Below, piece by piece: positions 35,687 through 44,896 of a stretch of DNA of 44,896 bases. Location: the NCBI GenBank assembly GCA_964412395.1, contig CAYPOY010000002.1:1-44896 (forward strand), given 5' to 3'. Both the position numbers and the translations under genes were made by a program. The stretch's first letter is position 1, and every line of letters begins with the position of its first letter. Source of the stretch: an uncultured Anaerolineales bacterium. GTDB lineage: Bacteria > Chloroflexota > Anaerolineae > B4-G1. The notes under the pieces were generated by a model, which was given only the letters and a program-made list of their open reading frames with translations, was not told where the DNA came from and did no database searches.

Positions 35687-36538
35687 TCACTCCCCCTTTG
35701 CGAGTCCCTTGACTTCCTGTAGGACGGGCTGTGACTCTGACTTACCCTGACCAAGCCACAGTTCCGTCGCTGCTTCAATGACCTTCTCCTTACAGCTTTC
35801 CTGTCCTTCGGCCGTCGACAGTTCGTCACAGGCAGCCAGCAGGTTGTCAAATCGCCGGGTCTCCAGCAATTCACTATGATACCTGTCCATACGTTTGTTT
35901 GCGGTATCCGCTCGCTTGAAGAAGAGAAGGCTCACAGCTTCTGCTATGACACCGGTAATGGCGCTGGGTATGCCGACTCTCAATATGCCCCCTATCGCCA
36001 GACCAACGCCAGCGAAGATGATAATGATCCCAGCGGTTGAGACACCAAGGCTGGCCCAATAGTTCACCTTTGCCTGTCGTCGTGCGTCCTCGTAGTCCTC
36101 TCTGATCATATCAGAGAGACCATTGAGTGTCTCCAAGAACCTACTCCCAAGCTTCAACACCTTTCGTACCGCTGTCAACAAAGCTTGTGGCCCGTCCTGT
36201 TTGGCTACGAAGTCCACGGCTGGCGGCAAGCCCTCCAACTGCGGACCGAGCGCTTCCCGCACAGCGTCGTATGTTGGAAACCTGGTCAGAATGATCTTGG
36301 GCACATAAGGTGCCACTCTCTTCGCCAAGTTGAGGCCACTAACATCTTTCTCATCGTCGTCATTTATCAGGCGAATGTCTACGATGGCTAGGTCGACATG
36401 TCTCTGCTTGAGAATAGCCCTTGCTTCGCTTGGGTCGAGAGCAGGGATAATCTGATACCCCTCGCGCTCAAGAAACTCCCTCCAGGTTTGCAGAAATTCA
36501 GCGTTGTTGTCTACGAAGAGAATCGTTGTCTTTGCCAT
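35687..36538 (-). CDS. Receiver domain fused to a two-TM domain resembling the TRADD-N-associated membrane domain
   Basis: REC 'ILFVDN…AIVDIRL…AKQ', followed by 'YEDARRQAKVNYWASL', two TM helices and 'LFFKRADTANKRMDRYH'. Confidence 0.75.
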   Translation of the reverse strand: MAKTTILFVDNNAEFLQTWREFLEREGYQIIPALDPSEARAILKQRHVDLAIVDIRLINDDDEKDVSGLNLAKRVAPYVPKIILTRFPTYDAVREALGPQLEGLPPAVDFVAKQDGPQALLTAVRKVLKLGSRFLETLNGLSDMIREDYEDARRQAKVNYWASLGVSTAGIIIIFAGVGLAIGGILRVGIPSAITGVIAEAVSLLFFKRADTANKRMDRYHSELLETRRFDNLLAACDELSTAEGQESCKEKVIEAATELWLGQGKSESQPVLQEVKGLAKGE

Positions 36539-36559
36539 GACAATGCCTCCTTGGTGTGA

Positions 36560-36946
36560 TCAAGGTGGCCACGGAGGCGGCGTCTTGCCCAGTGTGGCCT
36601 GCAATGTGAATAAAATCTCTTCTCTGTCGAGTGACTTTCGAACATAGTCAGTAGCACCAGCCTGGAAAGCCTGGCGAGCTCTCCTCCAGGTAGGTGATGC
36701 CGTAGCAACTATGACTCTAGCATTGGGTCGTTGCACCCGAATGCGAGAGACCAGCAGCGGAACATTCTTGACCGCTGTGGCATCTACGATCACGAAATCA
36801 TAGCTTTGCTGCAAGACAAGTTTGATCGCCTCCCTTTCGTCCCCAGTTTGCAATGAGCCCAGGGGAGTTAAAGCTTCCTCCAGCACTTGGCGCCAGCGAT
36901 GATCGCGTGTTCCGTTAATCAGGAGAAAACGTCCTTGCCTTGGCAT
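36560..36946 (-). CDS. Stand-alone atypical receiver domain protein
   Basis: 'VIVDA…VIVATAS…GATDYVRKS' is present, but the N-terminal acidic pair is missing (LLINGT). ATG 36946 is preferred because the upstream HK frame extends to 36966. Confidence 0.75.
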   Translation of the reverse strand: MPRQGRFLLINGTRDHRWRQVLEEALTPLGSLQTGDEREAIKLVLQQSYDFVIVDATAVKNVPLLVSRIRVQRPNARVIVATASPTWRRARQAFQAGATDYVRKSLDREEILFTLQATLGKTPPPWPP

Positions 36947-36965
36947 CAGTTTTGTCTGTAACTTT

Positions 36966-39900
36966 CTAGGCCTCAAGGGGCAGCCAGACGATTATGGTCG
37001 TGTCCCCCGAGCCGGGGGAACCTACATAAATGCGCCCACCTTAGGTTTGTAGAATGGTCAGGGCCATTAGTAATCCCATCCCCAACCTCTTGGACTCTTT
37101 AATTTGCTCTTTGAAGAGTCTGGGCAGTACGTCATCGGGAATTCCCTTGCCGGTATCGGTGAAGACGATCTCCACGCCACTATTCACCAATCGGGTAGAA
37201 ATGATGAGTTGCTTATCAATAGTCCCCACCATTGCCTCGACTGCATTGTCCACAAGAATGTCAACGACTCGGCGCAACCACTCTGGGCTAGCTTTGACAG
37301 TCACTGCATCGTCCAGCTCAAAGTCAAATCTGTGACGCCCCGACTTGTATGGTTCATTCTCCCACAGCTGACTGATCCGTTCCCGTAACAATCTGTTGAC
37401 AGACACTGATTCCACACCTTCCTCTTCAGAAAGCGGTGGTGTAATCGGCCTCGCCAGAATCTTCTGGGCCTGCCGCTCAATCTTAGCCAGCCGTTCGTGC
37501 ACATTCTTGCTTACCTTTGCTCTGCGCAAATCGGAGCGAAGGAGCCCGATCTCATCCCGAATGGTTATGGCACGCCCTTCTACGGCGTGTCGCCAGGCGC
37601 TGCTGGCCATTCCCATCCAGGCCAGGGCCGTGCTCGCTCCAACGAGCCCCTTTGTTTGTTTCAACTCCTCATACATTTGCTTCAATTCTTCGTACAGATG
37701 GGCATTCTCAATAACCACTGCTGCCTGACCAGCAAAGATGTGCAACAGCCGAGCGTCATCCTCACTGAATGATCTCCCGTCACGTCTGTTGGAAGCCTGG
37801 ATGACGCCGATGTTCCGATTGCCTGCCGTCAGCTTGACTAACAAAGTGTCGCGTAGGCCTGCCTCTTCGGCCAGTTCTTTCAGTCCCAACTCGGCTACTA
37901 AGGGGTACTGCTCAACGCCATTGATAATCAGGTGGTCCTGCGTCTCCCAGACGATACCCGCAGGGCTACCTTGACCTGCGGGAATGCAATACCGTCGGCC
38001 AATTTCATCCGGCACGCCATACATCGGTAACTGGCAAACCAGAGCCTCTTCTGACTTATCATAAAGAAGGATCGCGCACATTTGAGCGCCTACCAACTGT
38101 GCTATGCTCTCGTTAACCTGCTGGTATACCTCATGGATGCTGACCAGCGAACGAATACTCTGTGAAACGCTGTTCAGACCCTCAAGCTCCTTGACTCGCT
38201 GCTGTTCCGCCTGGTATAGACGCGCATTTTTGATGGCAATGGCCGCCTGGGCGGCCAGGGATTCCAGGCAAAGCCGATCACTTTCGTCAAAGGCATTGGC
38301 ATCCGAGTGCTCTACGTTGATCACGCCGATCATCTCTTCCTCAAGCTTGATCGGCACGGCCAGTTCCGAACGGGTTTCCGAGTCATACTCGATGTAGTCT
38401 GGATATTGAGTTACATCATCTACCAGTTGGGACTGCCCAGTCTTGACAGCCCATCCTGTCACACCGATATGCTCGTCTTGTTTCAGGTCGATGTCACCCA
38501 CTCCCCTTTGCAGGCCAGACAAATGCTCCGGTGGATATGCTGCTTCGAAACTCAGCCTGTTTCTCTCCACTAACGCAAGATGGCTGAAACGAGCCCGCTT
38601 ACCGTGAGCGCCCGTGATCCGGCACGCTTGCTCCACGATGCGGTCAAGAATCTCATCCGGGGCCAAAGTGCTGGTCACTGCCTTGCCAGCTTCGTAGAGG
38701 ATTTGCAAAGCGGTGGCTCTCCTTATCGTCTCCTCGTATAGCTGAGCATTGCGGATAGCCACAGCGGCTTGGTAGGCGAAGAGCTCAATGTTAGTGAGTT
38801 CCTCGCCTGTAAAGCGATGGCGGGAACGGTAATTAACGAATATCACTCCGACTTTGCGGTCGCCGACCTTGAGTGGAATACTTACCGACGACTTTACGTC
38901 TTCCCGCCTGACAAAAGCGCCGCTCACTACTGGATCAGATGGGGCATCTTCAGCCACATACGCTCCGTCGAGTGCTAGAATTCTTCGGATCACTGATTCT
39001 CTCACTACCAAGCCAAACTTAAGTACTTCCCCCGTATCTCGCACACCAACCATTGCCGGAGGAAACTCAAATTCATCCCTGATCTGATCATAGGTATAGA
39101 GGGTGACAGCGTCACAGTCAAGAGCATCTTGAGTACCTCCCGCAATCGAGTTCAGGGTGCTCCGCAGGTCCTCCAGCACGCTCACTTCGGCCACGACCCT
39201 TGCAGTGTCACGCGCTTTGCTCACCTGCTCCAGTAACCTGGCTTTCTTAAGGGCCAGGGTTGCTTGATAGGCGAAGGTCTCCAGTGTCCTTCTGCCCTCA
39301 TCTGTGAAACTCCGAGGACGATTGTAATTCACATACAGCACACCGAGCTTCTCATCGCCTATTCTCAACGCTATTCCCTGGAAGCTCTTTGCACCAATGC
39401 TGTCCAGAAGCTCCAAGGTTAAGGGGCCCATGAAGTCATATTGTGGATCAGAGACATCTGTGACCCCTATCCAACCCTGATCCATCACCGTGTCAGCAGT
39501 CCCCCCTTTCTTGGGCTCTCTCTTCCGAAATCTCTCCAGTTCATCTCTATGGATACCATATGCCACTAGTTCTTCTGGGATGAATTGATTACGAATGTTA
39601 TCATAGGACCAGATTGCTGAGGAGTCTGCCTGCAATACCTCCTTAGCACCTTCCACGATCTGTTGCAGGACTTGCTGCAGGTCAAGAGCCCCAGCCATGG
39701 CCTCAGCGGCCTTGCGCATCTGCTCCAGCTTTCGTATTCGCTGGGCTTTGTCGTAGGCAACAGCGGCTTGGTTGGCATAGATCTGCAACGCTGTCTTTTC
39801 CGCTTCTGAAAAGAGACGGGGTGCTGTATGGTGGATCCATAACACACCAATGTTCTTCCCTCCATACCCAAGTGGCAAGCACGCCGCGGCCTTGACACCC

Positions 39901-42614
39901 TGCTCAATCATCTTCGGGTGCACTTCGTTACGTTCAGCAATCGCATCGGAAATGAAGCGAGGTCGTCCGGAGCCCACGACATTCACTGATATTCCATCTG
40001 GCCGTATAGACGTGGCCAGCTCGAGGTTCGGCTCGAAACCTACACTGGCGAGGTAGGTTGGGGTTCCATTTTCATCAACTAGAGTGGCACAAGTTCGCCA
40101 GCCGTTTACAACATCACATGCCTTCTCAACGATGGTGTGCAAGACCCGCTCTGGATCCTGAGGGGCAATAATGGCACTGCTAGCTTCATATAAGGACTGC
40201 AAAAAAGCAAAGGCCCGGGCATTTTCAATGGCGGTGGCAGCATGACTCGCGAAAGCCTCCAGCCGCCGGGCATCGGCAGGAGCAAACTGGCCCGGTCGAG
40301 TGCCGTTCACGTTCAGGAAACCCACTACCTGTCCGCGCACGTTGATAGGCGCGCCGACGTAGGAGTGTATCCATTCCCTGCCTTCCAACACCACCCAATC
40401 GGGGTCAATGGCCGTGTCCGGGATAATGAGCGTCTCTCTTGTCCGTGCCATTTTCAGCAGACCGGGAACCTCGGCGATCGGATAGGTTCTCTCAGCGACC
40501 TGCTCTAATCCCTCATACCCCCGCCAGCGGACTACCCGCGCGATGCTGTTCTCTATCAGCATGATGTTGAAAGCGTCCCCTGCGACGACCCGCTCCACCT
40601 GCTCCAAGATGCGATCCAGCACCTCGTCGAGGTCCAGGGTGCTGCTGACGATGGCTGCTGCTTCTTCCAGCGCCTCAGCCATCTCCCGCTGCTCCCGCTC
40701 AGCTTGGAAGAGGCGACTGTTCTCTATAGCAATGGCAGCCTGTGCCGCAAACGCCTCGGCCAGTCGGACATGTTCCTCGGTATAGAACCCCGGCTGGTGC
40801 TTGTCCAAGGCAATCATTCCGATGAGCCGATCCCCCACCAGCATCGGCGCTCCTAGCCAGCCGTGAATATCGGCCTGAATGTGAGGCTCTTGGGAAAAGC
40901 CCTCGTATTCTGCAGGCGCGTCCGAAACGATGAACGGTGCTCGTCGTTGCATGACCACCCGGTTGGGGTTATCGCCATCTATGGGAAAAGAGATACCCAG
41001 GATGTCTGGCAGGTTGGGGAAACCGCGTCCACCGATGATCTCCAGGCGGTCGTCCTTCAGCAGTTGCACTGAAGCGCTGTCATAGGGCACTACTTTCTGA
41101 AGTTCGCTCAAAATGCGCTCAAAAATCTCCTGCTGGTCGAGGGTGGTGGTAAGAGCCAGTGCCGTCTCCCGCAGGGTCTCGGCCTCCCGCCGTCGCCGGG
41201 ATTCCGCCTCGAACAGCCGGGCGTTCTTGATGGCCAGGGCAGCCTGATTGGCCAGGAAAGAAAGAAGATCCACCTCGTGTTCGCCAAAGCGATGGGGCAC
41301 GGTGCTGTGAACGAAAAGGACACCAATTGCCTTTCCCGAGTGCTGAATCGGGATGCCAGCCATGGAGCGCACTCCCATCTCTAGCAAAAAGGCCTTGGCT
41401 CGCTTGTGTCGAGTCACATCGGGGATGATCACTGGTTCGTTCTTCGTCATGACAAGGGTAGTAAACCCATCTGGACGAGGTTCCTCGACAATGACAGGTC
41501 TCTCAGGAGTCAGCGCAACTCCTCTCTGAATGTAGCATCCTCTCCTCTCATCCCATATCAGAGCTGTGCTTGTCTCTGCCTGAATCAGAGAGGAGGCGCT
41601 CTTGGCAATGCGGTCGAGGACCTCCTCCAAGTCTAGAGAGGAATTAAGGACCACGCTTAGATCATAGAGAAGCCTCATCTCCTCAGCACGGCGTCCGGTC
41701 TCCTCATAAAGCTGAGCATTTTCCAGAGCAATGGCTGCCTGCCCGGCCAGCAACTGCAAAACCTGCTGTTCGTGCGCACCGAAGGTCTTCTGTCGGGTAC
41801 TGTAGGCATACAACACACCCAGGTTTTGGGGCTCGCCTGGGATCGGCACGGCGATGAAGGATTTCACGCCAGCCTGGCGTAAGTTCTCATCCACCTCATC
41901 AATACGAGCGTCCACATCGGGCAGGACAAAAACTTCGCCGGTTCCTATGATCCGCTTAGTGAGTTCCACATCTCGGAGGTGCCGGCGCCACCTCACTGTC
42001 ACGTCGCCCAGCGGGACTACAGGCTCGTACCACACCTGGCCCGTCGCCGGGTTTACCCGGGCTACAGCGCAGGCCTCGGCCCCTGCCAGTTTCGGCACGG
42101 CCTCAGCGATCACTTCCAGCGTTTTTTCTACATCCAGCTCGCTGAGCATAGCCTTGCTAATCTCCAGCGTAGCGGAAAGCAAGTCCCGCTCCCGACGCAA
42201 TCGCGCCTGCTCCGCTGCCATGCGAATGGTCATCCCCAGTTCATCCAGGTTAAGGGGCTTTGCCAGGTACCGGTATGCCCCGGCTCGCAGCGCTTCCAAA
42301 GCCCGCTCCATCCCCCAGCCGGTGAAGATAATCACTTCGGTTTCCGGCCAACGCTCCTTGATCTCTCGCAGAAGTGCGATGCCCGCATACTCCGGCTCCT
42401 CCTCCGGTGCTGGAGCCAGAAGGTCATCAATAAGGGCCACGTCGTATGGTCGCTCAACTTGTGCAAGCAGGCTTCGTGCCTCCTGGAGATCAGCGGCAGA
42501 GTCCACTTCATATCTATGCTCGCGCCGCAGATGCTTCGCCAGCGGGTCACGCAAACTAATCTCGTCCTCTACCAACAGCACCCGCAATGGATAGTTAGTT
42601 ACTGGTTGCTCCAT
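36966..42614 (-). CDS. Hybrid sensor kinase: REC + nine GAF domains + HisKA-like + HATPase, with an in-frame TAA at 37041-37043
   Basis: REC 'VLLVEDE…ALIDD…AKP'. Nine GAF-terminal 'AAxAIxNA'-type helices. H-box 'WRHA', N-box 'LVDNAVEA', G1 'DTGKGI', G2 'LGMGL'. After the TAA the same frame continues GGRIYVGSPGSGDTTIIVWLPLEA* to 36966. Confidence 0.85.
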
Positions 42615-42616
42615 CT

Positions 42617-44896
42617 CTACCCTCCGCTAGCACGATGGTCGTGCCCTGGCGTTTCAGAGCCCGGCAACTCGATCAAGAAGGTGGTCCCAAGGGGTATCAC
42701 GCTCCGTTCTACAGCGATTCGTCCCCCCATAGACTCCGCGATGCTACGAGCGACGAACAGACCCAGCCCGGTTCCTCCTGGCCGGGTGGAGAAACCCAGG
42801 GCGAAGATGCTCTCCCATAGTTGCCGGTGGATGCCAGGACCGGTGTCTATGAAGCGCACCTTGATCGGACAGACGGTGTCCTCCGGCTCCCATGAACTGG
42901 TGACCTCCAGCGCCCCCCAGCCGTCGGAGAACCGTTCCATCTTCTGCGCCACCTGCTGAACAGCGTTCAGCATCACATTGGAGAAGGTCTGTTGCAGCCG
43001 CGCAGCGCTGCCTATCGTTTTGGGCAGGTCTGGAGCCAGTTTGGTGGTGATGCGCACCTTGTGCTTCTGGGCGGTGGGACGAAGCAGCAATTCGGCACGT
43101 CGGATCACCTCATTGACGTCAATCTCTTCTTGCTCCTCGGCGCGGATCAAGTCCCGAAAGGAAACCGTGACGCGCTTCAGGTCCAGGGCGGTTTGCAACA
43201 CATCGTCTATATGCTTTGCCTATCTCTGCGGAAGTCAGCGGATCTGCTTGGATGACATCGTCTCCAACGCGGGGCAACCGCCCATATTCGGCGCGGAGAT
43301 TGCGGATCTGGATCTCGAGACCGGAGATACTGTTGCAGACTTCGTGTCCAAAGCCGGCAGCCAGTTCCCCGCTCAGGAGAAAGCGGTTGATGTCCTGCGC
43401 CCACTGTTCCAGCAGATCACTCTCCAGAGCTACACTGAAGAGAGTAGCCATCGCCCAGGCATCACGCAGCCGGTAGCGGGAGAAAGCGTCCGGCTCCCGG
43501 TGGAACAGGAAGAGCGCATAATGAACCTGCCCCTCAGCCTGAATGGGTACCCCGATACACGACTCAAAAGGAAGCAGATCCAGCAACTTGCTGAACCTCC
43601 GCCGGGCTTTGTGGGACACATGGAGTTCGAAGATATCCCCACCTTCGTAAATCAAGTCTTTGACTGGGCTGTCATCCAGCGAGTACACCGCCTCATGGTT
43701 CAGGGGCAACACGCCAGCCTGGGCAATGATGGAAACCTTGCGGGAGATCGGGTCCGTATGGAAGACAATCGCAGTCTCGGCGCGGGTGAGAGTGTTCAGT
43801 TCCTGAAGCCCGGCCTCAAGCCGGCTGCGTAAGGACGCACTGCTACGCATCTCACGAGACAGAGCCTGGAAAGAGTCAACGGTGCCTCCCCGTATTGGGT
43901 GGGAAGTCGTCAACCGATGGCCTACCAGCATCTCCCCTTGTGCGATCCTGGTCAGGCCCTCCTTGATTTCGCCCAGGTCCAACGGCTTCGCAAAAACTTC
44001 GGTTACTCCCAGTTCCTCCAGTTCCCGGCCTCGTTCGACAATCCACTCTGGAACGCTGATCACAGCCACCGGGCACTCAGGGCTAGTCTCCTTCACCTGG
44101 CGGATAAGGGCCTCCCCATCCTCGCCGGAGAGATCAATGTCCACCAATACCAGGTCGAACCTGGTTTCCTCCAGACGAGTCAGTGCCTGAGTTGGCGATT
44201 CTACACCCTCCGCTTCGCACCCCTGGCGACACAACCATTTCACCAGAGGATTGAGCACCATTTTGCCATCGTCCACCACCAGGATTCGCCCCAGGAAACC
44301 CAGATCGCCCACAGGCTCCTGGACTTCCTCCGGATCTTCATGGTGTTCGGCCTGCCCACGAGAAGCGAGATGCTGGGCGAATTCGATGACCCGAACCTGC
44401 TGCTCCATGCGCCGCCGGATACTCAGTCGCACTCTCTCGGCACGGCGGTTGATGCTCGTGATGACTGCCTCAACCCGGTCGCCAACCCACAGTAATTCCT
44501 CGGGCTCCTCCACCCTCCACAAAGCCATCTCGCGTAAGGGAACGAAGCCATCCACCCCAGGGATGATCTGGATGAACACTCTATCGGGGTTCACGGCTTT
44601 TACAGTTCCAAGGACGACATCGCGTTCCCGGTACTGGCGCTCGAACTGCTTCCACGGATCAGGTTGAAGTCTTCGCACGCTCAATTCCATCGTGCGGCCC
44701 GGCTCAGGTAGAGCCACGACGACCGCCTGAATCTCTTTACCTTTTGACACAACCTGGTGAGGATCCAGGTCGCCCTCCAATGACAATTCCCGACGTCGGA
44801 TGTACGCATGGGTGTCATCTGACAGATGCACAAAGACACCGTAACTCGACTTTATCCATTTGGTGGACAAAAGCGCGGCAATAGGGTAAACTGAAA
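42617..44896 (-). CDS. S1-S1-REC-GAF-histidine kinase, 5'-incomplete, frameshifted at ~43210
   Basis: Two S1 repeats ('YGVFV…YIRRREL…LSVR' and 'GTVK…VFIQI…GFVPLREM…LSIR'), REC 'ILVVDD…LVDI…AKP', a GAF and H-box 'GFGHEV'. HATPase 'NVMLNA…DTGPGI…FSTRPGGTGLGL' is in the next frame (…GKA t IDDVLQTA…). The frame is open to the window edge. Confidence 0.8.

Noticed and set aside
35680-35874. N-terminal extensions in the ORF track (35874, 25387, 12867, 9797 and 36976 starts)
   Set aside because: They overlap upstream genes or repeats. Downstream starts with an RBS or translational coupling (35679, 25261, 12924, 9779, 36946) fit the domain boundaries.
37041-37043. Programmed stop-codon recoding (Sec/Pyl or an alternative genetic code)
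   Set aside because: The codon is TAA, which terminates other genes in this window normally. A point mutation or sequencing error is simpler.
1-44896. tRNA, rRNA, retron/DGR reverse transcriptase or prophage genes
   Set aside because: I recognised no cloverleaf or rRNA-like segments, RT motifs or phage structural genes. A covariance-model search (tRNAscan-SE, Infernal/Rfam) would be needed to exclude small RNAs.

Overview
GC-rich bacterial window, most likely from a Chloroflexota (Anaerolineae-like) genome. This is inferred from the C-terminal YLPLVL[R/K] motifs and the gene repertoire. It has four blocks. (1) 1-9.8 kb: a giant secreted clan-CD (C25/gingipain-like) protease, nested MITE/REP elements truncating a choice-of-anchor-Q-like gene, and a PHP-family metallohydrolase. 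(2) 10.0-14.1 kb: a truncated NACHT/STAND gene, a single-pass membrane TPR protein, a membrane protein and a caspase-like (C14) protease. The NACHT, the TPR protein and the caspase share a ~35-aa Gly/Ala/Val-rich motif (GxGAIAxGxxAVAAGxxGVAIGGxVxGxxIVTGD), at the N-termini of the two putative sensors and the C-terminus of the protease. A fourth, unannotated partial copy lies in an alternative frame at 10519-10602. This is the layout expected for amyloid/RHIM-like receptor-to-effector signalling and is the top candidate for a novel system. (3) 15.2-32.4 kb: a minus-strand DUF499 ATPase / ASCH-fusion / DUF1156 adenine methylase / PLD-SNF2 helicase defence operon. It carries two inserted cassettes; one (wHTH-like protein + P-loop ATPase + small protein + PIN nuclease) is bracketed by a diverged duplicate of the 3' end of the ASCH-fusion gene. 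An IS remnant and a tyrosine-recombinase remnant flank the operon. (4) 33.7-44.9 kb: an unusual two-component cluster (S1-S1-REC-GAF-HK, REC-9xGAF-HK, REC, REC-2TM effector, REC-pseudokinase-wHTH), with a frameshift in one kinase gene and a premature stop in the other. All domain calls come from motif recognition by eye; no database searches were run.
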